A stretch of DNA of 56,737 bases from IMG/VR virus record IMGVR_UViG_3300032291_003671; one strand, 5' to 3'. This DNA is from an uncultured virus (IMG/VR IMGVR_UViG_3300032291_003671) (lineage: Duplodnaviria; Heunggongvirae; Uroviricota; Caudoviricetes). Positions 37,435-48,091 of this stretch are shown in pieces. Position numbers and translations under genes: made by a program. The notes under the pieces were generated by a model. The model made no database searches. It was not told where the DNA came from and worked only from the letters and a program-made list of their open reading frames with translations. Positions within the stretch are counted from its first letter, which is position 1. Every line of letters begins with the position of its first letter.

Positions 37435-39429
37435 TTATGTATTTGATGAACAGTCTAATCCATTAGTCGCCCTTTGAATACTTCCATTATAAGTCGAAGG
37501 CGGGTTAATAAATTCACTACTTTGACCAGTATAACCATATTTAATTACACTATAATTACCATCTACAAACGTTGGTAATACATATAATTGTCCTGCAACT
37601 GATGGGTTAGGTGGTGCTAGTTTAGTCCAAGCATAACCAGTTCCAGGTGAACATTCAGATAATTCATAATATGTTTCTACAGGAGGTGCTGTTGTTCCAG
37701 CAACAAATGTGTGTTTAACAATTCCAACTGAATTAGGATTATTAACCACGTTACAACATAAACAACCATTATTAACAGGTGATGATGTCGAAATTAAAAT
37801 ATCTTGTACTAAAGTAGTCGCACATCCGTTACTACCAACTTGTGCGTCAGTGATTGTTAATATTGAAGTTGATGTACCTGAAACTACATCACCATTACCA
37901 ATAGTAACAGGATAAACATCTGTAGTTGTAGTTGTAATTGTTTGATAAGGCGAACAATTAGGTCTTGCAGTTGTTTGAGATGTAGTATCACTTGAATTAC
38001 GTGGTATTGAAGTCCCATTTTTATAAACAGAAGTTGTTCCCTCAATTAAACCTGTACCAGGAGCATTATATTGTTTAATGTCTGACATATTCAAGTTAAA
38101 TGTAATACTTGTTCCAACAGGTAATGCTGGTGTTACATTAACTCTCCAATTAGCAATTTGTTGAGATGAATCAACAGTAATAACATTGTTTAAAGTTACT
38201 CCGATTGTATATGTAACAGGAGCCTCATCAAATCCAAGAGTAGCAATTTTAGATAATACAGAACCTGCAGAATCTTTAACTAATACTGTATATGTATTCG
38301 GACATAATCCATTGAATATATTACTTGACTGATATGTCACACCGTTATTGATTGAGTATGTATAAGGTGATTGTCCATAACTTGTTGTTACAGAAATTGA
38401 ACCATTACAATTTTGAGTACCGCTACATGTGCTCTTAGTAATTTCTAATGAAGCTTGAAGTGGTGCATATGAACCACAATTTCCTTGTGTCATTGTAATT
38501 GTGGCTTGAGCTCCTCCTGCAATACTCCAAGCACTTGTTGGAATAAATGTAGTATTTGTACTGACAGGGATTCCAGTTGACTTATCCCATCCTTGAATCT
38601 CCCATCTGTTATTACTAACATTCCATACAACATTGTAAGTACTATATATCCACGATGGTTTACCATTTCGATTACCATTAGGAACAAATTCAAATGGGCC
38701 GTAAGTAACATTAGGATAGATGACAGTTAAACATAGGTTAGGCCACACAGGTGATGGTGTTAATGTTGGAGAAGCGGTGATACTAGGTGTCGGTGTTGCC
38801 GTTGGCGCAAATAAACTACAAATGGTTTGTGCTGTATAGTCACCATAATAATCAACAACGACTACTTCATAACTTCCTGCAGGAACACCAATTAATGTTT
38901 GGGTTCTTTGTCCTCCTTCCCAATAAATTGAATATGGACTCGTTCCTCCTGTAATTTTTAAAGATAGAATACCATCATTAGATGTTGATGAATTTGGTTG
39001 AACGACAGGGAAACATTTCACTCCCATATCAAATAATGTGAATACCTCACATTCATTTTTTAAAGCGTAGGCACCAATAATTGGTGGTGTTGATGAAGGA
39101 GTAGGTGTTAGTGTCGAAGTAGTTGTTACACTCGGAGTGACAGTAGGTGTTGCAGTGTTAGTTGGAGTGTAACTTGGAGTTTGAGTTGGTGATGGTGTTG
39201 GACAAACAGTTGAATAAGGTACATTTAACTTAATAACACCATTAAATGGTTTAGTATAATTAAGAGTAATTGCAAGACCAGCACCAGTTCCCTGTACAAA
39301 ATTACCACAACAATCCGTATAATAAAAATTACCTGTAGTTACACCACTACCACATATGATAGTACTACCATCATTACATATAGTAGGAGTTGGAGTAATA
39401 GTTGGAGTAATAGTTGGAGTTACACTCAT
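37435..39429 (-). CDS. Thr/Pro-rich, Cys-rich structural protein with SprB-like repeats
   Basis: PTPT tracts; DGILSLKITGGTSPYSIYW...AGSYEVVVVD and NGSISV...PYTYSINNG...YTVLVKD. Confidence 0.8.
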   Translation of the reverse strand: MSVTPTITPTITPTPTICNDGSTIICGSGVTTGNFYYTDCCGNFVQGTGAGLAITLNYTKPFNGVIKLNVPYSTVCPTPSPTQTPSYTPTNTATPTVTPSVTTTSTLTPTPSSTPPIIGAYALKNECEVFTLFDMGVKCFPVVQPNSSTSNDGILSLKITGGTSPYSIYWEGGQRTQTLIGVPAGSYEVVVVDYYGDYTAQTICSLFAPTATPTPSITASPTLTPSPVWPNLCLTVIYPNVTYGPFEFVPNGNRNGKPSWIYSTYNVVWNVSNNRWEIQGWDKSTGIPVSTNTTFIPTSAWSIAGGAQATITMTQGNCGSYAPLQASLEITKSTCSGTQNCNGSISVTTSYGQSPYTYSINNGVTYQSSNIFNGLCPNTYTVLVKDSAGSVLSKIATLGFDEAPVTYTIGVTLNNVITVDSSQQIANWRVNVTPALPVGTSITFNLNMSDIKQYNAPGTGLIEGTTSVYKNGTSIPRNSSDTTSQTTARPNCSPYQTITTTTTDVYPVTIGNGDVVSGTSTSILTITDAQVGSNGCATTLVQDILISTSSPVNNGCLCCNVVNNPNSVGIVKHTFVAGTTAPPVETYYELSECSPGTGYAWTKLAPPNPSVAGQLYVLPTFVDGNYSVIKYGYTGQSSEFINPPSTYNGSIQRATNGLDCSSNT

Positions 39430-39484
39430 TAGTTATTCGGTTTATACTTTATAAGTATATTAGTTAAGTTTTTTATGTATAGTG

Positions 39485-40135
39485 TTATGTACAAATTGTA
39501 AAGCTAACAATGTTACCACAAGTATCTACTAAAACAGCATAATAACTTCCTCCGAAGCCCATTTTACGTAATCTGTTTTGTCCATTGTATTGATTGTATA
39601 ATGTACCATTTAATAATGTAGTATATACTTTAGCACCCACAACAGGTATTAAATTAGCTTGACTAATGTATGTATAATAATTTGTTGTAGTAATTATATC
39701 ATTACATGCATTTTGAACCGTTGTATGAGTATTTTGTCCTATTAAATGGTAAGCAACTACTGGTGTTGTCGTTGGAGTTGGAGTATTACTAGTTGTGGTA
39801 GTTGTTGTTACAGTATTGGTCGGAGTTTGTGTCATTGTATTAGTTGGTGTGACAGTTGAGGTAATTGTTGGCGTTGGGCTAAAACTTAAACTTGGAGTAA
39901 TACTTGGAGTAGGTGTTGGAGTAATATATATTATATCACCATCAATACACCCTTGCGTATCAATAATTTTAATTACAATATTTTCAGTTGAAGCAGAATC
40001 AGGTACAGTAAAACTAAACGGAAATACAGATACAGTTGCAACTGATTGGCAATTGCCAGTTATAGAACCCATACAATAATAGATGTCTACTGGTGTATTT
40101 GCCGTTACTGAGGTTATAACTACTTGTTGTGCCAT
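39485..40135 (-). CDS. Small beta-domain plus Thr/Pro linker structural protein
   Basis: N-terminus paralogous to 40136..40351; TPTPT tract. Confidence 0.8.
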   Translation of the reverse strand: MAQQVVITSVTANTPVDIYYCMGSITGNCQSVATVSVFPFSFTVPDSASTENIVIKIIDTQGCIDGDIIYITPTPTPSITPSLSFSPTPTITSTVTPTNTMTQTPTNTVTTTTTTSNTPTPTTTPVVAYHLIGQNTHTTVQNACNDIITTTNYYTYISQANLIPVVGAKVYTTLLNGTLYNQYNGQNRLRKMGFGGSYYAVLVDTCGNIVSFTICT

Positions 40136-40351
40136 TTATACTGCTGTTGTTCCTGAAATAGTACAGTTATTAGTATCAATAATTTTTAACATGTACGAAC
40201 TTGAAGTATTGTAAGGAGCAGGTATATCAAAGATATACGGAGTGCTTGAAATTGTTGTTATATAAAAACAATTTGTACCACCACTTTGACATATGTAAAT
40301 GTCATATGGTGATTGTCCTGTAATACTGTTTATTGTTACTTGTACTGCCAT
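40136..40351 (-). CDS. Small beta-sandwich structural protein
   Basis: PYDIYIC...C...KIIDTNNC; paralog of the adjacent gene's N-terminus. Confidence 0.75.
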   Translation of the reverse strand: MAVQVTINSITGQSPYDIYICQSGGTNCFYITTISSTPYIFDIPAPYNTSSSYMLKIIDTNNCTISGTTAV

Positions 40352-40374
40352 TATTGTGTTATATTTTTATTTAA

Positions 40375-42252
40375 TTATGATGAACAAGTTAATCCGTTAG
40401 TTGCCCTTTGGATACTTCCATTATAATTGATTGGGTTATATCTAAATTGATTTACAACTCCTGTGTAATAATATTTTATATTTGTAAATGTTCCGTCAAC
40501 AAATGAAGGTAAAACATATAATTGACCAGATACTGTTGAATCAGGTGGTGCAATCTTAGTTGATGCTGTTGCGAAAGTTCCCTCACATAAATCTAATTGA
40601 TAGTAATTAACCAACGGAGGTAACTCACAACTTGCACAATCATTATATGTTTCAATTATGCTCACATCACTGAAGTAGTTTCCATTATTAGTAATTGCAA
40701 ATACTGTTGGTGGTGCAATATAACCTTGCTCAAATCTTCCAATAAACTTCCAACAACGGTTGTAGTAGTCTTGGAATACTTTGTCTAATAAAACATTAGT
40801 AATATTAAAACTTTGAATAACTTGAGTTTTCTTAATTTGGTTACCTAATGGTGAACAACTTTCATATACATAAACCCAATTAGGTGTTGGAGTTGGAGTT
40901 GAAGCTATTGTTGAGGTCGGAGTTGGAGATGCCGTTAATGTTGTTGTCGGTGATTGTGTTGGATTTGGTGTGCTTCCAATAGGTAATGATTCTGTTGGTG
41001 TTTGAGTATTTGTAGGTGTATTACTTGGAGTCACGTCTGGTGTTTTTGTAGGTGTATTACTTGGAGTTGAAGTAACTGTTGGAGTTGGTGTTGGTAATGT
41101 ACTACAATATTCACAATCAGAATATAAATTAAAGATACCATCAACATTTGAATTGGATGATATGTTAGTATCATCTCTATCATAAGTTACGCAAACATTA
41201 ATACCATTAACTGAAGCAAACATAATCATACCAATAACAATTGGTATTCCTTCATAAGTTAATGTATCACTTGTATAATACTCATTACCACTTTCACAGT
41301 CAACAAGAACTTTAACAGATACACAACTGAATACCTCATCCAACATTGTAAATGACCTTTGTCCTTGAACTCCAACTGTTTTTGTTAATGTAAGAGTTGG
41401 AGTTAATGTTACTGTAGGACTTACATTTGGAGTATATCCACTCATACTAAAATCAACCGCAGTTAATGCACATGTAAAACTAGTTGCACTTGGAGTTGGT
41501 GTAACACCATAAGTTGTCACATTAAAATTAACATCATCACAAGCAACACTTGGAGTTGGTGTTGGTACAGGTTCATAGTCACAATCAAAGTAAGCATTAA
41601 AATCAAATATGCTACAGTTTGCAGCTGTCGCTGTTGGCGTTGGACATAATCCTGTCTCAAATAAATTTCCTGAAATATCAGGACAATCTGAAGTACAAGG
41701 TGACGAACCTCTTAAATAACAAGTTCCACCTGGAGTATCAGATAAACACCAATAACTTTCAGTAGCACCAGTAAAATAATAGATAACGCCAGCACTTGTT
41801 CCATCACCTGAATATATTGTAACTCCATTATAAGTTGAGTATGAAGTGTAGTTTCCACTATAACCTGAAAGTGATGGTAATGTTGTTCCAAAACAGAACG
41901 TACTATAAGGACATCCCATAGGTGCGCTATATGACATCAACATAGGTTCCATGAATAAGTCTTGAGATACTGATGGTGTTGGCGTTGGTGTAGAAGTCGG
42001 ACTTGAAGTTGGAGTTTGAGTATTAGTTGGCGTTGGACATTGAGTTGGCCCTCCAACAAATACAACTCCTGAAGCAGAATATATTGGACCTTCTTCATAA
42101 TAAGCAATAACTTTAGCATACCCGTTGAAACCATCACCTCCGTTTATGTTATAAACATAACCTTCAGTCAAAGTTCCAGGAATATTCTCATATCTGAATA
42201 GATTGTTGGGGTCGTTACAATCTTCAAATAAATAAATGTCGTATGGTTCCAT
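40375..42252 (-). CDS. Thr/Pro-rich, Cys-rich multidomain structural protein
   Basis: Several PTPTPT linkers, many Cys, C-terminal module shared with 37435..39429. Confidence 0.8.
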   Translation of the reverse strand: MEPYDIYLFEDCNDPNNLFRYENIPGTLTEGYVYNINGGDGFNGYAKVIAYYEEGPIYSASGVVFVGGPTQCPTPTNTQTPTSSPTSTPTPTPSVSQDLFMEPMLMSYSAPMGCPYSTFCFGTTLPSLSGYSGNYTSYSTYNGVTIYSGDGTSAGVIYYFTGATESYWCLSDTPGGTCYLRGSSPCTSDCPDISGNLFETGLCPTPTATAANCSIFDFNAYFDCDYEPVPTPTPSVACDDVNFNVTTYGVTPTPSATSFTCALTAVDFSMSGYTPNVSPTVTLTPTLTLTKTVGVQGQRSFTMLDEVFSCVSVKVLVDCESGNEYYTSDTLTYEGIPIVIGMIMFASVNGINVCVTYDRDDTNISSNSNVDGIFNLYSDCEYCSTLPTPTPTVTSTPSNTPTKTPDVTPSNTPTNTQTPTESLPIGSTPNPTQSPTTTLTASPTPTSTIASTPTPTPNWVYVYESCSPLGNQIKKTQVIQSFNITNVLLDKVFQDYYNRCWKFIGRFEQGYIAPPTVFAITNNGNYFSDVSIIETYNDCASCELPPLVNYYQLDLCEGTFATASTKIAPPDSTVSGQLYVLPSFVDGTFTNIKYYYTGVVNQFRYNPINYNGSIQRATNGLTCSS

Positions 42253-42361
42253 AGTTTACTCTTACTATAATAAATAACATGACAACATGTTTTTCATCAA
42301 ATTAAAATATAGTTTTATGAAAAATTAAATAAAGATAGAAGTAATCTATATTTATTAGTAT

Positions 42362-42544
42362 ATGAAACTTATTAAAACTATCACTAAAATAATTCAAGAA
42401 GCAGAAGAACAATACAATCTTGCTTGTGAAACTTGTGCACCTGTTGACGAGTTGGATAGACTTGAAGGTCATTACAAAGATTCTTTAAAGTTATTAAAGA
42501 TGTATAAAAGTAATGAAAATAAAAAAAAGACGAGTAATAAGTAA
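42362..42544 (+). CDS. Small helical protein
   Basis: MKLIKTITKIIQEAEE; TATTTATT 5 nt upstream. Confidence 0.6.
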   Translation: MKLIKTITKIIQEAEEQYNLACETCAPVDELDRLEGHYKDSLKLLKMYKSNENKKKTSNK

Positions 42545-42658
42545 TTCAGTAATTTCATTTACTTGAGGTTCAACAGATGGGTTTTAATTTAACTTCCGTT
42601 ACAAAATAACATAGATTTTATTGGGTAAATAACTTATACTTTTTACAAAGTAAAAATT

Positions 42659-45600
42659 ATGCCCAAAAACCAAATAAGACATCAAAAATCATACGTATTA
42701 TACGCAAATGAAAATTATTTTGATATTGTAAGAATGGCTTGCAAGTCAATCAGAACCTTTAGTGATTTACCAATTTTTGTTTATTTACTTAACTCAGATT
42801 TAAAAGTTGATATTGAAAATACAACAACAATAAATTGGAAATTTAACTTTTCAGGTATTGATGATAGTAGAAAATCATCAGATACAAATTATTATATTGA
42901 TAGAAGCAGTCAAAAGATATACGAATTATTAATTCAGAGACCTTTGATTGTTAAAGACGCATTGGAAAACTACTCTGATGTTGTCGCTTACGTTGATAGT
43001 GATTCAATTGCAACACAATATTGTGATAGAATCTTTGATATGTATGACACAACATTAGATTATCCCTATTTTGCAGAAGGTATATATGAATACCTACACA
43101 TTAATGGTCGTGGTGGAGCTGAGACTAGAGAAGACATGAGTACAACTTTAGAACATCCTGCTTGTGAGTTATTCGGAGCAAACCAATACATCAGACAAAA
43201 ATACAGACAAACAGGTTATTTTGTTGCGGGTCAAAACACAATAGACTTTTTAGATGAGTGGTCTTGGATGTGTAATCATCCGAAAGTGTTAAAAGACTTT
43301 CAACATTATGCAGCATATCATGAAGAAACAATTGCCAACGTGTTATTATGGAAGTACGGTCATCTTGATGGATTACCACTTATCTACACCAACGGTGATA
43401 ACCAAACCATAGATAAAATTTTCAAAGAGGAATTATTCACAGGAACACCAAGAAACTTAGGTCCTTGGTTCAAAATTCCTGGTAAAGAAGAAGACTTATT
43501 ATTCTTTCATGGTGAAAAAAGAGGATTCATTCAAGAAGAAATGATTGAAAGACTCAAGATTAGAGCGTCAGGATTAAGAAACAATTATAACATAGACCCT
43601 ACCAAGAACTGGGGTGATATCCTATCTCAATTCTTATTAGAACATTATTCAGGTAAGGAACTGATTAAAGATGATATATTCTACTTTGACGATGCTGCCC
43701 ATATGTTGGATAAAAACGGGAAGATTGTTGGGATTGGTAGTTCAATGAAATTTGTTAAACCCGACGATTATGTTTGGGGGACTGGTTGTATTGATGAACA
43801 TCATGTAGGTGATAAGCCAAGAAAGGTTTATTCTGTACGTGGTCCGTTAACAAGAGATGTATTATTGAATAGAGGTTGGGATGTTCCTGAAGTTTATGGT
43901 GACCCAGCTCTTCTATTCCCTCAGATTTATAATCCAAAGATTGAAAAAAAATATAAGATTGGTTTAATCCCTCACTGTGTGGATTTCTTTTCCCTTGATG
44001 GATTAAAGGCTATCAACCATATGGAAGATATGGGTATTAAAATTATTAATGTTACTTCAGGAATCTATGAGTTCATTAACCAACTTAAAGAATGTGAATT
44101 AATTATTTCATCCAGTCTTCATGGATTAATTGCCGCAGATGCCTACGGTATTCCGAATTACAGAGTTAAAATTTCTGAATTGGTACATGGAGGTGATTTT
44201 AAATATTTGGACCACTACGCGTCAGTTAAAAGGGTTCATCACGAACCATTACAACTTACAGACACCACAACTTTAGAAGATGTTGATTCATTAAAGTTTG
44301 AAACAGGTGATATTAGTTTGGTAGATAAGTTACTTGAGAATACTCCTTGGACTGACCCTGATTGTATCTACATTCAAAAAGCAACCAAAAAAACATTAAA
44401 AGTATTATTTTTAGCACCTCATCTATCAACAGGTGGTATGCCAGGATTCTTGTTAAAACGAATTGAGTTACTTCAAAAGTATTGTCCTGAATTGGATATA
44501 TTTGTGGTTGAACATAGACACTACGGTGATGCATATGTGGTTCAACGAAATCAAATTAGAGACATTTTACCCACAGACCATTTTTGGAGTTTAGGTGAAA
44601 ATAAATTAGAGTTAATTGATATCATTAAAGAAAATAAAATCGATGTTGTTCACGTTGATGAAATGATTGAAGGATTTGATAATTTCAATCAAGTTTCACC
44701 TGAATTAATGAATGCTCTTTATGATAATAATAGAACTTGGAGAATGATTGAGACATGTCATAATGTTTGGTTTGACCCAGGTTCCTCAAAAAAGTTTCAT
44801 CCTGACGCTTACGCATTTTGTACACCATATCATAAAGAAGACACATTCTCAAAAATGCCGTCATATGGTCAAGTATTAGAATTTCCAATAGAAAATAATT
44901 TTAGAACTAAAGATGAACAGTCTGAAGCTCAATCTTTATTAGGTATGGACTTATCAAAAGTCCATGTTGTTAATGTTGGTTTATGGACATCAGGTAAAAA
45001 CCAAAAAGAGGGTGTTGAGTTAGCTAAGTTATTAGTTGAATCAAACCCTGAAATACAATTTCACTTTGTTGGCAATCAAGCACCAAACTTTAAATCATAT
45101 TGGGAACCAATTATGGAAACCATCCCATCTAACGTTAAGGTATGGGGAGAAAGAAGTGATGTATCCACATTTATGAAAGCAGCAGATGTATTCATGTTTA
45201 ATTCAACGTGGGAATGTAACCCATTAGTATTAAGAGAAGCAGCATCTTACGGATTGAAAATTTTATCAAGAAATCTACCACAATATATGAATATGTTTAC
45301 ACCATACATCACACCAATTGATGATGACCTTAATGTAATCAAAGAAAAATTATTAGAACTAATTGAATTAGAAAGAACCTATGAGGTATTACCTGGTCAG
45401 TCTAAGAAATTTGCATTAGACCATAAAATGTTATATGAGTTGACCGCAAATACTGAACCTAAACTTCAATCCAAAATAAACCAAAATGTTAACATAACTC
45501 AACATTTCGTTAACCAACCCTTTATTGAAATTAAAGGAGAAGGTGATAGTAAGTTTGAGGTTAAAGTATTTGATGGAGATGGTGTTAATCAATACCATAA

Positions 45601-46549
45601 TACAATTGGTGTAAACCACTGGGTAAGACTAAACAGAGAATACTTCACAAAATGGAACACAAAAATTTGGGAAAATGGTACTTTGATTTACGAAGATACT
45701 TTAAACTTTGAGGGAAAACGCGTATTCATCACATTTGATAGTAGTTCATTAGGAGATACGATTGCGTGGTTACCATATTGTTTAGAATTCCAAAATAAAC
45801 ATAAATGTCATGTTATTGTTTCAACATTCAAAAACTTCTTATTCAAAGATGTATATCCTGAGTTAGAGTTTGTTGAAAGAGGTTCAACGGTTCATAACTT
45901 ATATGGTATGTATAATATTGGATGGTTCTATGATACCAATAAAGAACCTGAATTACCTAACACAGTACCTTTACAAAAAACAATTACAAATATTTTAGGA
46001 TTGGATTTTGAAGAAATAAAACCAAGAATTTCATATAAAGTAGGGAAAAGACCTTATGAAGATAAGTATGTTACAATTGCAACCAACTCCACTTCAGGAT
46101 GTAAGTTTTGGACCAAAGAAGGGTGGCAAGAATTGATTAATTACTTTCATTCGTTAGGTTATAAAATTATTAACGTATCTAAGGAAAAAAATCCGTTTAT
46201 ACACGTCACACCTCTTAAAGATACATCCATAGAATCAACTATGAACGCAATTCATCATAGCGAATTCTTTATTGGTTTATCTAGCGGATTAAGTTGGTTA
46301 GCTTGGGGTATGGGTAAACATGTTGTTATGATTAGTAATTTCACAGAACCTGACCATGAATTCACAACAAACTGCACAAGAATTATTAACCTTGATGTTT
46401 GTAATGGTTGTTGGAACAATCCGATGTATAAATTTGACAAGGGAAACTGGCTTTGGTGTCCTGTGCATGAAGGAACTAATCGTCAATTTGAATGTCATAA
46501 ATCTATAACTTCAGATATGGTAATTAAACAAATACAACACTTATTATAA
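42659..46549 (+). CDS. Four-domain glycan-modifying enzyme: GT-A-like, polysaccharide pyruvyltransferase, GT4, and Aah/TibC-type O-heptosyltransferase
   Basis: YVDSD; NWGD...SVRGPLT...GDPALL...SSSLHG; LFLAPHLSTGGMP...KNQ...ECNPLVLREA; SSLGDTIAW...CNGC-X15-C-X11-C. Confidence 0.85.
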   Translation: MPKNQIRHQKSYVLYANENYFDIVRMACKSIRTFSDLPIFVYLLNSDLKVDIENTTTINWKFNFSGIDDSRKSSDTNYYIDRSSQKIYELLIQRPLIVKDALENYSDVVAYVDSDSIATQYCDRIFDMYDTTLDYPYFAEGIYEYLHINGRGGAETREDMSTTLEHPACELFGANQYIRQKYRQTGYFVAGQNTIDFLDEWSWMCNHPKVLKDFQHYAAYHEETIANVLLWKYGHLDGLPLIYTNGDNQTIDKIFKEELFTGTPRNLGPWFKIPGKEEDLLFFHGEKRGFIQEEMIERLKIRASGLRNNYNIDPTKNWGDILSQFLLEHYSGKELIKDDIFYFDDAAHMLDKNGKIVGIGSSMKFVKPDDYVWGTGCIDEHHVGDKPRKVYSVRGPLTRDVLLNRGWDVPEVYGDPALLFPQIYNPKIEKKYKIGLIPHCVDFFSLDGLKAINHMEDMGIKIINVTSGIYEFINQLKECELIISSSLHGLIAADAYGIPNYRVKISELVHGGDFKYLDHYASVKRVHHEPLQLTDTTTLEDVDSLKFETGDISLVDKLLENTPWTDPDCIYIQKATKKTLKVLFLAPHLSTGGMPGFLLKRIELLQKYCPELDIFVVEHRHYGDAYVVQRNQIRDILPTDHFWSLGENKLELIDIIKENKIDVVHVDEMIEGFDNFNQVSPELMNALYDNNRTWRMIETCHNVWFDPGSSKKFHPDAYAFCTPYHKEDTFSKMPSYGQVLEFPIENNFRTKDEQSEAQSLLGMDLSKVHVVNVGLWTSGKNQKEGVELAKLLVESNPEIQFHFVGNQAPNFKSYWEPIMETIPSNVKVWGERSDVSTFMKAADVFMFNSTWECNPLVLREAASYGLKILSRNLPQYMNMFTPYITPIDDDLNVIKEKLLELIELERTYEVLPGQSKKFALDHKMLYELTANTEPKLQSKINQNVNITQHFVNQPFIEIKGEGDSKFEVKVFDGDGVNQYHNTIGVNHWVRLNREYFTKWNTKIWENGTLIYEDTLNFEGKRVFITFDSSSLGDTIAWLPYCLEFQNKHKCHVIVSTFKNFLFKDVYPELEFVERGSTVHNLYGMYNIGWFYDTNKEPELPNTVPLQKTITNILGLDFEEIKPRISYKVGKRPYEDKYVTIATNSTSGCKFWTKEGWQELINYFHSLGYKIINVSKEKNPFIHVTPLKDTSIESTMNAIHHSEFFIGLSSGLSWLAWGMGKHVVMISNFTEPDHEFTTNCTRIINLDVCNGCWNNPMYKFDKGNWLWCPVHEGTNRQFECHKSITSDMVIKQIQHLL

Positions 46550-47220
46550 TGGATACAAATAAATTTATATGGGAACCCGCTTGTTACGAGGGTTTCAAAG
46601 AAACGGTAGAACAAGAAATTTTTGTAGATAAAATTTACGAAAGATACTTCGGAGTAGAGGAAGGAGATGTCGTATTTGATATTGGTGCAAGTTTAGGTCC
46701 ATTTACTTATTCTATATTAGATAAAAATCCATCTCATGTCTTTGCCATGGAACCAAGTTTTGAAGAATTTAAAACTTTGGTATTAAACACAAGACAAGGC
46801 CCTGTAACTCACATTAACAAAGGTATTGCAGATAGTGTTGGTGAGTTTGAGTTTCAATATGTTTTCAATAATGATAACGGAAACAAACTTTATTCAACAA
46901 CATTTAAAAAATTAATGTCAGACTATAACATTAAACAAATAGATTTTCTTAAATCTGATTGTGAAGGTGGTGAATACGATATTTTTAACATCGAAAATCT
47001 TTTTTGGATAAAAGAGAATGTAAAAAAAATATCAGGTGAGTGGCATTTAAGAACACCTGAATTAAAACAAAAATTTAGAATTTTTAGAGATACATATTTG
47101 AGATTATTTCCTAACCATCAAGTCATATCATTTAATGGTGTGGATATCAAAAGTAATTTATGGAATGATGAGTTTATTAACTATTATGCAGAAATAATGA
47201 TTTATATTGATAATAGATAA
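46549..47220 (+). CDS. FkbM-family SAM-dependent methyltransferase
   Basis: VFDIGASLG, AMEP, IDFLKSDCEGGE. Confidence 0.88.
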   Translation: MDTNKFIWEPACYEGFKETVEQEIFVDKIYERYFGVEEGDVVFDIGASLGPFTYSILDKNPSHVFAMEPSFEEFKTLVLNTRQGPVTHINKGIADSVGEFEFQYVFNNDNGNKLYSTTFKKLMSDYNIKQIDFLKSDCEGGEYDIFNIENLFWIKENVKKISGEWHLRTPELKQKFRIFRDTYLRLFPNHQVISFNGVDIKSNLWNDEFINYYAEIMIYIDNR

Positions 47221-47242
47221 AGTTTATCTAAATTATAAAAAT

Positions 47243-47271
47243 AAAAAAAGGGACTTAATGTCCCTTTTTTT
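47243..47271. terminator. Bidirectional terminator
   Basis: AAAAAAAGGGAC-ttaat-GTCCCTTTTTTT. Confidence 0.8.
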
Positions 47272-48091
47272 ATTTCTGATAACCAAAAATATCGTAATAC
47301 CATTTATAATTATTATAAATCCAATTTGAGGTATGTTCTCCCAATACTTCTTTTGAATCATCAGGTAACATACCTAAAGAATTTCTAATAGTATGGTCAC
47401 CATATATACCGTGTACAGCATCATCTTCAACTGTGATTTGAGGAATATGTTTAAAATCGTGTTCAAATGGTTCTAACCCAAAAAAACTATAAATAGAATT
47501 TATTTGTGGTTCAGGATTAGTACACAAATCTTCATAACGAATGAATAAGAAATTTTGTGCAGTTTTATCCAATATAGACTGATGTAACTTGTTGACTGCA
47601 TATCCTATTGGATGTCCAGAAGCCCATGTTTCAACTCTTTGTTGTGTTGTTATATTTGCCAATTTAGCATTGTCCAACATTCCATCATCTATATCAGGGT
47701 GTTGTCTGAACTTTTTTTCCATAGAGGCAAATATCGCTCTCAAATCTCTAACCATAAAAATAATTTTAGGATTAGGATTAATTTCATTAATAAGTTTATA
47801 GTATGACCCCCAAGCTCTATTTTTATCTAATATATAAGGTTTGTCTGTCAGATTTTTGGTATATCCTTTAAATCCTTCTCTGCAGTAGGAATAAAATCCT
47901 TCTTTCCACATATCTTTATCACCTGCTTTGGATTCTTTATTTCCATTATACCCAATTCGGGTACCTAGCATTAAATCAATCATACCTGAGGTTGGTGTGA
48001 CATGGAATTTTGGATTTTGTCCTATAATGTTTTGTAATAGAGTACTACCTGCTCGTGGTAGTGAGGATTGATAGAAAATTGTTTGATTCAT
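47270..48091 (-). CDS. PAPS-dependent sulfotransferase
   Basis: 5'-PSB SLPRAGSTLL, 3'-PB VRDLRAIFAS, IRYEDL. Confidence 0.88.
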   Translation of the reverse strand: MNQTIFYQSSLPRAGSTLLQNIIGQNPKFHVTPTSGMIDLMLGTRIGYNGNKESKAGDKDMWKEGFYSYCREGFKGYTKNLTDKPYILDKNRAWGSYYKLINEINPNPKIIFMVRDLRAIFASMEKKFRQHPDIDDGMLDNAKLANITTQQRVETWASGHPIGYAVNKLHQSILDKTAQNFLFIRYEDLCTNPEPQINSIYSFFGLEPFEHDFKHIPQITVEDDAVHGIYGDHTIRNSLGMLPDDSKEVLGEHTSNWIYNNYKWYYDIFGYQK

